From Chrysomallon squamiferum (lineage: Eukaryota; Animalia; Mollusca): a stretch of 64,000 nucleotides of DNA. The notes below the pieces were generated by a model. That model did no database searches. It saw only the letters and a program-made list of their open reading frames with translations, and had not been told where the DNA came from. How positions within the stretch are numbered: the stretch's first letter is position 1; each line of letters opens with the position of its first letter. Of the stretch, positions 51,205 to 64,000 are shown one piece after another. Location: contig CM022667.1 of the NCBI GenBank assembly GCA_012295275.1, forward strand, positions 6,634,001-6,698,000, written 5' to 3'. A program made the translations under genes and the position numbers.

Positions 51205-51799
51205 CGGTGTGTGTGATAAAAACATTAACAAAACATTTTTTTATTTACTTTTCTTTTCAAACTTTATTTCTTTCAAACTTTATTTCTTTCAATTTTTATT
51301 ATTTATTTATTATTTATTTATTATTATTATTATTGTTGTTGTTGTTGTTGTTGTTGTTATTATTATTATTATTAACATTATTATTATTATTATTCTTATT
51401 ATTTTAATGAAGTAGATGGATGGGAGCAAGGTAGCTAGTCTTTTCAAGAGTTGTTTTGATATTTTTGTATATGCACTCCAAAAAAATTATTAAAAAATAA
51501 TATAATAAAAGTTATTAATTAAATGAGTTTCGTGTGTTGAATATTCGGAATAAAAATAAAGAAAAGAAATTAATATGTGAAAATCTAGACAAACTGTCTA
51601 TAGTTCCCAAGTCCAGGACACTCTTTTTTGCCGATACACAGTTTAGTACGATATAAATAAATGCAAAGTGGTCGTTTATAACCTAGACTTTGGTTGGTTG
51701 TCTTTTTGGATATACCCAATGATAAATTTTGTAACGAACCTCATTAATATCTTAAGGAGAACGTCACATCCGGGTTTTGTTTAAGGTTGCAGAAAGAAG

Positions 51800-54700
51800 A
51801 TGGCGACCACTGGGGGAGCAAATATAGGTGAACTGCAAACTGCTCAGGAATCAACGGATCGTTTAAAACTACTCTATCCAGCTGTCAATGAAGACGATAC
51901 TCCGATACCTCGATCATGGAGTCCGAAAGATAAATATAACTTCATAGGATTATCGAAAAACAATCTGCGAGCTCATTATAAAGGTAAGGCAGGGCTCGTA
52001 CGAGAACAATGACATTATTTTGGTTTTATAAATAGAATCTTACTATCTGCGTTATTTCGATGTCAGTTTTGGCAGACGAAGCGTGTATTTGTCAACCAGT
52101 AACGATAGATTTCATTTGTTGGTAGACTTTGTATTTTTATAATATTATTATATTTCAGTTTGGTTTAAAAATAAATAATTCTGCCAATACACCAGTGACT
52201 GATAAACAAACCAGAAATCAGATAATTAAACCGAGAATGGCGAAATGGTTACATTGTGAAACTGCTAGGTTATGATACAGTTGTAAATATTTACATGCCA
52301 ACAGTCACTAACATGAGAATGCAGCAGACATCGACATTTAAAACAACTAAAGAAATATTTTAACTATTTTATGTATTTATAAAATGTAAATTATAATGTA
52401 ACAAATGTATGATTTTAAAATATGAATATTATTGAAAACACTTTATAAACAGCTTCAATGAAAAAGAATAAAACAGGATTTGTTTTTCTGTATATAGATT
52501 ACAGTGTATACATTCATTTTAATAATAAGTCTGTGTCAGTGGCCATTGGCTAGTAGTAAACAGCTGATTTTCAGAATAAATGTCGTTAATTTACCACACC
52601 AGATGTCAGAATGTTCAGATTAAATGTAGATGACACAGATAATTATTATACAGCAAAGTAGAAAGTAATCAAGTATATTTTTTTTATAATTTATTTTATA
52701 ATTTTATTTTTTTATTATTTTATTTCTGTTATAATATATATTTTTTTTAATTCTATTAAACAAAAACAAATACACTTTAAAATACATAAACAATAAAAAG
52801 AAATAATAATAATAATAATAAATATGATAAATCATAATAACACCAGTATAAATATTATTTTCCAGGCAACCATGTACCATTCATGGGTTATTATATGTTT
52901 TATTATTGCAAATAAACATTGCAAAATTTGATTGCTGAACATTTTTAAGATTTCAGAATTATAAATCAGGAATAAAATGTATATATGCTCTTTCCCATCA
53001 TAGTAACATAATAATTTGAAGTTACACATTCCTTTTCCACATCAGTTTTATTAAATTTCCATCTCTGAATGATAAAATGAAATATCAAAGAGACATAGCA
53101 GAAAATGTTCTCTCCAAACAGTCTACCAGATTCTTGTTACAAGATAATTAAATTTTGAAAACAAACTTTTAAGTACTTTCCAATAAACTTACTAATATGA
53201 ATGTTGCTTTTTGTATTTTTACATATAAAACAAACAAAAAAAAGAAATACCTGCTATATCACAAAAGTATGCAGTATGCAGTTAAAGTCATTCAAATTAA
53301 AACTTTACAGTGTATGTATGTTGGACTGATGAAGAGATTTGAACCTGTGATGTGTAGCATTGCAGGTTACTTGTCTACCAGTAAAATAAATTCACTCCGA
53401 CACTGATTTCTGTCTGGTGTCACTGTTAAAATTAAGTGTACTTAGTTACAAAAAATTTATTTGTCATCAGTCATCCAGAACAAGTGTTTTCTTGCAAACT
53501 TCATTGTTACTGCAGTTTTTGTTATTAAATTTTTTTTTTTTTTTTTTTTTCAAATACATTTTCTTCTTCTTTTTTTTTCTCTCTCTCTGTTTTTTTATTA
53601 TTATTTTTTTAATGATGAAATAAACTGGGTAATTTTCTGTCATTTGTGTGGTTGTTTTTAAGCACTTGCTAAAACTGATCTCTCTACATTTGTAAATTAA
53701 CTTTATGGATTAAGTTTGAGATTTTGTTTGTATTTTATTAATTTTAAAAGTATTTTCTTCTAGACATTGAGACTAAGAAAAATGATGATGTGATTTTGTC
53801 TTAACTGATTTCAGGTTTGGGTAAAACCCCTAAAGATGCTGCCAGTGTTCGCGCCACCCACCCGATTCCTGTCGCCTGTGGGGTGTACTACTTCGAAGTG
53901 AAAATCATCAGCAAGGGCAGGGATGGGTGAGTGATTAAAACTCCTAACATGATAAATCTGCCTCACAAGACTTTATTAGTTTTAAACTGCGTACTTCTCA
54001 TAAACAGCAGCCAGTTGATACATGTGTTTAATAATCAAGTTATTTTTGACAATTACCATAAACTAAGCATAACGTATTTGGATATAACATTCTGTTTGAT
54101 ATGTTACTCTGAAAACATAGAACAGTATCAGAAGTCTCACAGATTGAAATAATGTCTTGGTGTTAAGAATTGATGATTTCAACGTAAATAATCATAAACT
54201 GACTTGGTATTAGAGTTCAGTTCAAGGTAAATAAATAATGGTTTGTGATAAGAGTTGACGATTTCAAAGTCAATAATAAATTATGGTTTGATATTAGAAC
54301 TGATGATTTCAAGATAAATAATAAATAACAACTTGGTATTAGAATTGACAGTTTCAAGGTAGATTTGGTGTTAGGGTTGGTGATTTCAGGGTATGTGATA
54401 AATAGTTGTGTATTTGTTTTAGGTTATAACTAATTAGGTTTAACTTGTTGACTACTGAGTTTGCTATCACTCTCTGTTAAAACAAGTTCTGTCTAAGGCT
54501 GCAGTAGATGGTACCCAACCACCGACTGCACAGAATGTTGAAAGTGTGGTCCACTGCACCAGATGTTTGTTTACAGTGTACTGTGACCACTTCACACAGT
54601 CACTGCAGTTGAAGTCAAAATCAGGACCACTCAAGACAGCACAAACACACACAGTTTTTATTTCTAATTTGAATTATACCAAGTTGTTTTGCAGTCAAAT

Positions 54701-57700
54701 GTGAAATGTGCAGACATAAACATACAAAGCTTTTTGTAGACTGCATGTAAAATTAGATAACACATTTTTATGTTAATTCATTTTACAAAGTTATTGGTGT
54801 TAGTGTCGTGTGGGTAGAGAGAAAGAAGAGTGAGAGAGCATATTGTTGAATTTACAACAAAGGTTTTGAGACATCTCAGTATAGAAAACTATGGATAAGT
54901 TTCTTTTTATGACTAGATAGAATTACAGTATGTAAATGTGAGCCTCTGTATACTTTATAATACACAAATAGACAGTTTTATAAAAGTTATAAAATACAAA
55001 TAGTTATTCTATGAATCATTCCAGTTTAGTACATAGGCATTTCTGTATAATTTGTAAATAAAATAAATTAATAATAATAACTTTTTTAAAACAGAATTGT
55101 GCGAAGACATGGTAGGTACTTGCGTCTAATGTTCCAAATAAGTGACTGCTAGTTTTGACAGTTATGGTTATTTTATATCAGAAAACATATAACTAAATGA
55201 TATACAGAACATATGAAATGAGCAGTCTACAAACCTAACACTGAAACCTCTAATGTCATTGTCAGCTTAACATACTGTTACTTTCATTTTGCTTTATTTT
55301 AATTTATATTTTATAAATAAATTAAAACATATACAACTTCCACACACCAGTACAGAAACTGAGAGAGACACACACACAAAAAGATAAATAAATATATAAA
55401 TATTTTAAGTGTGATTCATAGGCATGGGTTTCAACTACTGCGCCACAAAGAACAACACTACCTTTCGACAGGATATTAAACCAAATAAAGTCGTTTATAA
55501 AACATGTTTTCTTTCTGCCAGCTGAGATTAACCCCTGAAGCAACAAAGGGCTGTGCTTTATTAATCTTTCTTTGTTTACTTTTTTATCATGTCATTGACC
55601 TCTGCTTGACCTTTTGCAAGTCATCAGCTGCATAAATGATTTCATTCTGTCAGCATTTTCCTTCTCTTTAACAAAGTTAAATTTTGATCTGTCAGTTGAT
55701 GTGTGTAATTTTGTTGATCTTAACTTTTAGAAAAAAACCCACACAGTAACTTCAGTGAGACTGTGTGAGAATAAAAACATGTTAGTGTGTAACAATGGTT
55801 AAACACTACAAGTTCAAATCTAATTTCACATTTGATAAATTTTAGTTACTAGAATAAAATAATTACCTCAGTGTGACTACATGTGAATAAGTATGTTACT
55901 GCCTAAAAAAAGGTAGATATTCAAATCATGTTAATTTATTTACCGGTATTACTTCAGTGAATACATACTTACATTTTTATTTTTATTTTATTTTTAATAT
56001 TGGATCAGTACAGGTACATTAACAATGGTGTAAACTGTAATTTACAAATGTGTTTTATTATTTTTGTTTATACTTGTTGAAAGTAAGTCAGGTTTGTACT
56101 GGTTGCTCAGTGAAGCATGACTGAACAGGTATTACATGTTACATTAATGTTTACCTTTTTATGTACTCATAATACTGTCAGCTGATACTTACTATTCTCA
56201 GTGTACATTATGTATGTGTGAGTTGTGTGTGTGTGTGTGTGTGTGTTTTGTGCTGGGAGCTGCAGGTTGCTAGTTACATTTGAAATAAAAACACATTATC
56301 TACACAACCTGTCTGTGTGTGTGTGTGTACACCAGTCATTGTCAGACACTGTCAGTTAACCACCATTTGCTACCCAGCTACAGATTGGCACCATCACACA
56401 GTCTGGCACACTAACACACTAACAAGTATCTGAGACTGATAGACTGTACTACTAAAGAGATGGAGTTGAAATCTTCACTGGTTGTAGACATGTTTTCAGA
56501 TAGATTTACAAGATGTTGGTGAAGTCTGCATAAATAAAAACTGATTCATAAAACTGCAGTTTAGATTAAGTAAAAGGTAACTGAGTAGAGACATCTGCAG
56601 TAGATACATTTGTGAAAGAGCTGATGAAGAACAGAGACCTGCACAAGACAGTGTAGCTAATCTGGATAGCAGCCAAGTAAACAAACAGTGTCACAGCTAT
56701 TTATATTTCATGTACACACACTGCAGTGTACTGTCTGTGTTACTTAACATTTATATCTGATACACACACACTGTGCTGTACTGTGTTACTTAACATTTAT
56801 ATCTGATATACACACACTGCAGTGTACTGTCTGTGTTACTTAACATTTATATCTGATACACACACACTGTGCTGTACTGTGTTACTTAACATTTATATCT
56901 GATATACACACACTGCACTGTACTGTGTTACTTAACATTTATATCTGATATATACACTGCAAGTACTGTGTTACTTAACATTTATATCTGATATACACAC
57001 ACTGTGCTGTACTGTGTTACTTAACATTTATATCTGATATACACACACTGCACTGTACTGTGTTACTTAACATTTATATCTGATATATACACTGCAAGTA
57101 CTGTGTTACTTAACATTTATATCTGATATACACACACTGCAGTGTACTGTGTTACTTAACATTTGTATCTGATATACACACTGCAGTGTACTGTGTTACT
57201 TAACATTTATATCTGATATACACACACTGCAGTGTACTGTGTTACTTAACATTTATATCTGATATATACACTGCAAGTACTGTGTTACTTAACATTTATA
57301 TCTGATATACACACACTGCACTGTACTGTGTTACTTAACATTTATATCTGATATATACACACTGCAGTGTACTGTGTTACTTAACATTTATATCTGATAT
57401 ACACACACTGTGCTGTACTGTGTTACTTAACATTTATATCTGATATACACACACTGCAGTGTACTGTGTTTTACTTAACATTTATATCTGATATACACAC
57501 ACTGTGCTGTACTGTGTTACTTAACATTTATATCTGATATACACACACTGTACTGTACTGTTACTTAACATTTATATCTGATATACATACACTGCACTGT
57601 ACTGTGTTACTTAATATTTATATCTGATATACACACACTGCAGTGTACTGTGTTTTACTTAACATTTATATCTGATATACATGCACTGTACTGTGTTACT

Positions 57701-59611
57701 TAACATTTATATCTGATATACACACATTGCAGTGTACTGTCTGTGTTACTTAACCTTTATATCTGATATACACACACTGCAGTGTACTGTCTGTGTTACT
57801 TAACATTTATATCTGATACACACACACTGCAGTGTACTGTGTTACTTAACATTTATATCTGATATACACACACTGCAGTGTACTGTGTTACTTAACATTT
57901 ATATCTGATATACACACACTGCACTGTACTGTGTTACTTAACATTTATATCTGATATACACACACTGCAAGTACTGTGTTACTTAACATTTATATCTGAT
58001 ATACACACACTGTGCTGTACTGTGTTACTTAACATTTATATCTGATATATACACACTGCAGTGTACTGTGTTTGTTACTTAACATTTATATCTGATATAC
58101 ACACACTGCAGTGTACTGTCTGTGTTACTTAACATATCTGATATATACACACTGCAGTGTACTGTGTTACTTAACATTTATATCTGATATACACACACTG
58201 CACTGTACTGTTACTTAACATTTATATCTGATATAACACTGCACTTTTACTAACATTTATATCTGATATACACACACTGCATGTACTGTGTTACTTAACA
58301 TTTATATCTGATATACACACACTGCAAGTACTGTTACTTAACATTTATATCTGATATACACACACTGCACTGTACTGTGTTACTTAACATTTATATCTGA
58401 TATACACACACTGCACTGTACTGTTACTTAACATTTATATCTGATATACACACACTGCACTGTACTGTGTTACTTAACATTTATATCTGATATACACACA
58501 CTGCATGTACTGTGTTACTTAACATTTATATCTGATATACACACACTGCACTGTACTGTTACTTAACATTTATATCTGATATACACACACTGCACTGTAC
58601 TGTGTTACTTAACATTTATATCTGATATACACGCACTGCACTGTACTGTTACTTAACATTTATATCTGATATACACACACTGCACTGTACTGTGTTATGG
58701 ATATACACACACTGCACTGTACTGTTACTTAACATTTATATCTGATATACACACACTGCACTGTACTGTGTTACTTAACATTTATATCTGATATACACAC
58801 ACTGCAGTGTACTGTGTTTTACTTAACATTTATATCTGATATACATGCACTGTACTGTGTTACTTAACATTTATATCTGATATACACACATTGCAGTGTA
58901 CTGTCTGTGTTACTTAACATTTATATCTGATATACACACACTGCAGTGTACTGTCTGTGTTACTTAACATTTATATCTGATATACACACACTGCAGTGTA
59001 CTGTCTGTGTTACTTAACATTTATATCTGATATACACACACTGCAGTGTACTGTGTTTTACTTAACATTTATATCTGATATACATGCACTGTACTGTGTT
59101 ACTTAACATTTTTATCTGATATACACACATTGCAGTGTACTGTATGTGTTACTTAACATTTGTATCACATTAGTGACACACACACACTCAAACTGGTGTA
59201 CTCTGTTACTCAAAATGTATATCTGATATACACACACACACACAAAATAGTGTACTCTGTTACTCAAAATGTATATCTGATATACACACACACAAAATAG
59301 TGTACTCTGTTACTCAAAATGTATATGTGATACACACACACACACAAACTAGCGTACTCTGTTAACAAATTAAGCAAAGATGTACAGAAAAGTGATAGTT
59401 AATAAAACAGTATTAGTTAAAAAAAAAAAAAATAATACAACTGTTAAAAAGAAATGAAGACAGATGGTCAGTTAGTGCAGTTTCATCATACAGTGTTTTT
59501 TACCTGATTTTAAATTTAATTTATCAAAAAAGATTTCACACTGGAAAGAGATAAATTAAGAGAGCCACAGACAAACTTCATAAAATAGCAGCAATACACA
59601 TGCACACGCGT

Positions 59612-59648
<37 letters not shown>

Positions 59649-60239
59649 AATATTTACAGAGACTTGCAAACAAGAAAAAATTAAGAAATAAAACTTATCC
59701 ATTTGACATTTTGTGTTTTTATTCTCAAATGTTATTAACATTTTTCAATTTCAGTGAGTGTAAGTCAGAAAGATGTACATAAGTATAATGAGAATGTGTT
59801 TTATTTTGTGTGTGTGTGTGTGAGAGAAAGAGACACTATAGGTGTGTACATGTGAAATATATGAGCAAGAAGATTTTTTTATATGTGCTCCCTGTAGTTC
59901 CCAGCAAGATATGAGAGTAACAAAATGATGTTTTGTGTTTTCTAAAATTGTAATAAATATATTTCTGTCATTTTTATTTTTTTTTTTTTAAGTTGTTATT
60001 TATTATTATTATTACGCTGTGTATTTTAAGAAGAGAAATATAATAAGTATTTATAAAAAATGTATTTCAGGTTTATGGGTATAGGACTCTCAGCTCAAGG
60101 TGTCAACATGAACAGTCTTCCAGGTAAAACAGACTTTGTGCTTTCTACTGTATGTATGTCAAAATAAACATAACACTGTTTGGATTTTCTTTACATCAGA
60201 ATTTTCATTATTTCTTTTTGTATAATTTTTATATATATA

Positions 60240-60303
<64 letters not shown>

Positions 60304-63300
60304 TTTTGATAATTAATAACATATATTTAAATAATGTAAAGTAAAATGATAATTCTAAAAAACATTTAAAATCAATCAGATTTTGTACTGTGAACTGTAG
60401 ATAAAATAACTGAACATTCAATATTTCACAGGATGGCAGAAGCACTCTTATGGTTACCATGGTGATGATGGCAACTCTTTCTGCTCGTCGGGAACTGGCC
60501 AACCATACGGTCCGACATTTACAACGGGTGATGTGATTGGCTGCTGTGTGAACCTGATAGAAAACTCGTGTTTCTACACCAAGAACGGGGTGAATCTAGG
60601 CAAGCTTTAACCTGTTCTTCACAGATTCATGTTTATAATTTTTATTAATATTCTTGTTGTTGTAAAATTTAAGAAACCTAGTTTCACCATTTCAGAGTGT
60701 GTGTTGTTTACTCCAGTCAGTTTACTCCACATAAAAACACCAGGTGTTCTTTTTTTAACAAATTTTCTTCTTTTTCTTGTTTTTTTCAGGGGTTGCATTC
60801 ACAGATCTACCAGTAAGTATTTTTGTCATTTTGAATTGGTATTTTAAACATTATTATTGTTAGCAGAACTGGTGACTGTGGATTACCAAGTTACTTAATT
60901 ATGCATGTTACAATGCAAACACACATAACCTCACTAATAGTTATTAGAGTTTTGTTTCCAAAAATAAATAAGAGTAATAGATTATCAATTTTTTTTTGTA
61001 ATTATATTTATATTAGATTACATTCCTCATTATATTCTGTTTTAACAACAAACAACAAAACAGGCTCACGAAAGAACAATATGAAATTTTAGCATTACCA
61101 TAGGCACTCTTTAACATTTTTTATTTCTTCCAAGTTCATTGAAGTTTTTATTTGCTCTTTTTTTTTTTTTAAATTGATTTATTTGCTAAAATGTTCACCT
61201 TTTGTTTATGTGTTGTCTTCATGTTTGTTTACGTAACATGTACATGTTTGTTTACATGTTGACTTGATGTTTGTTTACGTAACATGTACATGTTTGTTTA
61301 CATGTTGACTTGATGTTTGTTTACGTGTTGTTTATCAGACAAAGCTGTACCCGACAGTTGGTCTGCAGACTCCAGGTGAAGTTGTTGAAGCAAATTTTGG
61401 ACAAAGTCCTTTCATCTTCGACATTGAAGATTACATGAAGGTCAGCTATATTCTTCTGTGCTTTACTTTAACACCAAAAATACAAGAAAAATATAAATTT
61501 TGCTGATATCCTGCACCTGATGCTTTCTTTGTGTTTCAGGGTCATAAAACAGTTTGTTATGAATCAATTAGTTGTTCCCTTGAAACGGAAAAAATAATAA
61601 CCATGTATATTCATGTGCAGTAAGAATATGTTTTATATTTCAAAGAATGGCATATGAAAATAGTTGATGTGCAAGTGTTAATAAAAAAAAGTTTGTGTTT
61701 TACAAGTAATGATGTGTTTTACTAGTAAAGATGTGTTTTACAAGTAATGATGTGTTTTGTTTGAAGGAATGGCGTATGAAGACGAAGTTGACAGTGGAAA
61801 GATTTCCTGTCACAGACAGACGAGGAGAATGGCAGACAGCCTTACAACAGTAAAACATTTTTATCTACTTCACACAACAGTAAAACATTTATCTACTTCA
61901 CACTTACAACAGTAAAACATTTTTATCTACATCACACTTACAACAGTAAAACATTTTTCTACTTCACACTTACATTTTTATCTACTTCACACTTACAACA
62001 GTAAAACATTTTTTATCTACTTCACACTTACAACAGTAAAACATTTTTATCTACTTCACATAACAGTAAAACATTTATCTACTTCACACTTAAAATAGTA
62101 AAACATTTATCTACTTCACACTTACAACAGTAAAACATTTATCTACTTCACACTTACAACAGTAAAACATTTTTATCTACTTCACATAACAGTAAAACAT
62201 TTATCTACTTCACACTTACAACAGTAAAACATTTATCTACTTCACACTTAGAACAGTAAAACATTTTTATCTAACAGTAAAACATTTTTTATCTACTTCA
62301 CACTTAGAACAGTAAAACATTTTTTATCTACTTCACACTTACAACAGTAAAACATTTTTTTATCTTCTTCACACAACAGTAAAACATTTTTTATCTACTT
62401 CACACTTACAACAGTAAAACATTTTTTATCTACTTCACACTTACAACAGTAAAACATTTTTTATCTTCTTCACATTTACAACAGTAAAACATTTTTTATC
62501 TACTTCACACTTACAACAGTAAAACATTTTTTATCTACTTCACACTTACAACAGTAAAACATTTTTTATCTTCATCACTTACAACAATAATACTTTATAT
62601 ATCTGATTATTTGATATTACAGTAATATTTTTGACTGTACTACAACTTACAACAAATGACACTGTAAAGTGGCAGTTTTTTAGATCAAGGATGCTGTATT
62701 TTCTCTGTGTGTGTTTATACAAGTAGTCTGTGTTTCTGTGTTGTTTATAACAGTAAAACTGTTTTTTAGTCTGTGTTTCTGTGTTGTTTATACAAGTAGT
62801 CTGTGTTTCAGGAAACACCTTTTATCTGTGTGTGTTTATACAAGTAGTCTGTGTTTCTGTGTGTGTTTATACAAGTTTTTTTCATTGTGTCCACCTATCT
62901 GTGTACTGTTTCTGTGTGTGTTTATACAAGTAGTCTGTGTTTCTGTGTGTGTTTATACAAGTTTTTTTCTGTGTGTCAAGTAGTCTGTGTTTCAGTGTGT
63001 GTTTATACAAGTAGTCTGTGTTTCAGGATTGTGTCCACCTATCTGTGTACTGTGTTTCTGTGTGTGTTTATACAAGCAGTCTGTGTTTGTGTGTGTTTAT
63101 ACAAGTAGTCTGTGTTTCAGGATTGTGTCCACCTATCTGTGTACTGTGTTTCTGTGTGTGTTTATACAAGTAGTCTGTGTTTCAGGATTGTGTCCACCTA
63201 TCTGTGTACTGTGTTTCTGTGTGTGTTTATACAAGTAGTCTGTGTTTCAGGATTGTGTCCACCTATCTGTGTACTGTGTTTCTGTGTGTGTTTATACAAG

Positions 63301-64000
63301 TAGTCTGTGTTTCAGGATTGTGTCCACCTATCTGGTACATCACGGGTACTGTTCTACTGCAGAAGCCTTTGCCCGAGCTACAGGACAGCCAATCACAGAA
63401 GAAATTACCTCAATTAAAAACCGACAGAGTAAGTATATTGTTATTAATAATACAGTTTTAATATGTTTTTTTAAAAGTATGCACATCAGTTTTAGGCACA
63501 ACAGTTGTATTTTATCCATAGGATTGTGAAATTGCAGTAATAACTTTATTTAATATTTTGGACAAATGATGTCTAGACTCTTTTAATATCCAAATAGTCT
63601 ATCTTTCCTGTTGATACAGATCAGTGTCAAACCCTTAGTTGTGAGAAATAAGAGAAAACTAATTTTAACATTACAGAGGAATGAAAACAGAGAGGGGAAG
63701 AGAGAGTGCATTTAGGAAATGATTAATATATACAACATATTATAAGAAATGCATTTAATATATATATTTATTTATTTTTATAATATAAGTTTTTTATTAT
63801 TATTAAGATTTCAGTATAAGTAAATGTTATTTTAGTTATATTTATTTAAATACAATCATGTAAATGAAGCTTTGATGAGCCAGTTCAGTGTAAATGTGTG
63901 TGATGTTTAACACAGGAATACAGAGACTTGTGTTAGCTGGGAGAATCGGGGAAGCCATTGAGGCAACCCAGCAGTTGTATCCCAGGTCTCCTAGAGCGCA
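51800..64000 (+). CDS. RANBP9: Ran-binding protein 9/10 (RanBPM/Scorpin; SPRY-LisH-CTLH), 5' part; exons 51800-51983, 53815-53926, 60071-60123, 60432-60599, 60790-60812, 61339-61440, 61767-61849, 63316-63428, 63916->64000
   Basis: [127 protein letters not shown], Lis[48 protein letters not shown]. Probably co-orthologous to vertebrate RANBP9 and RANBP10. Confidence 0.95.
56700..59362. repeat. ~42-48-bp minisatellite (acacacactgcagtgtactgtgttacttaacatttatatctgatat), roughly 55-60 copies, in RANBP intron 2
   Basis: Seen directly; the largest array in the window (~2.6 kb). Confidence 0.95.
61841..62590 (+). repeat. ~34-38-bp minisatellite containing the RANBP exon 7 donor (cttacaaca|gtaaaacattt), about 20 copies
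   Basis: The first copy is the real exon end and donor. Confidence 0.92.
62700..63334 (+). repeat. 65-bp minisatellite containing the RANBP exon 8 acceptor plus its first ~19 nt
   Basis: gtttcag|gattgtgtccacctatctg at ~63020, 63114, 63180, 63245 and 63310 (real). Confidence 0.92.

Noticed and set aside
56700-59362. Large array as another junction-anchored repeat or a mobile element
   Set aside because: It lies mid-intron, more than 700 nt from any exon, with no terminal repeats or coding capacity; an ordinary minisatellite.

Overview
AT-rich, microsatellite-dense animal genomic DNA with spliceosomal introns. It looks like an invertebrate, probably a mollusc or other lophotrochozoan (inference only). 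Most of the long ORFs in the track are repeat translations, so I rebuilt the real genes exon by exon from splice sites and frame continuity. (1) 12-25177, minus strand: a tandem cluster of three complete 7-exon secreted genes, plus the signal-peptide exon of a probable fourth. Each complete gene encodes a signal peptide, a compact 6-Cys clip-like module and a trypsin-fold domain in which all three catalytic residues (H57, D102, S195) are replaced, so these are pseudoproteases. (2) 26894-40015, plus strand: a 15-exon TSNAXIP1 orthologue whose exon 3 is corrupted, probably an assembly artefact. (3) 43168-49844: two head-to-head, N-terminal-only TSNAXIP1 paralogues. (4) 51800 to the window end, plus strand: RANBP9/10 (SPRY-LisH-CTLH). 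The most unusual non-coding signal is that many intronic minisatellites are anchored at splice junctions. Several of them amplify the junction itself, producing arrays of decoy donors or acceptors. Other points: three GC-AG introns, a LINE remnant, and TSNAXIP1-RANBP linkage as seen in human.
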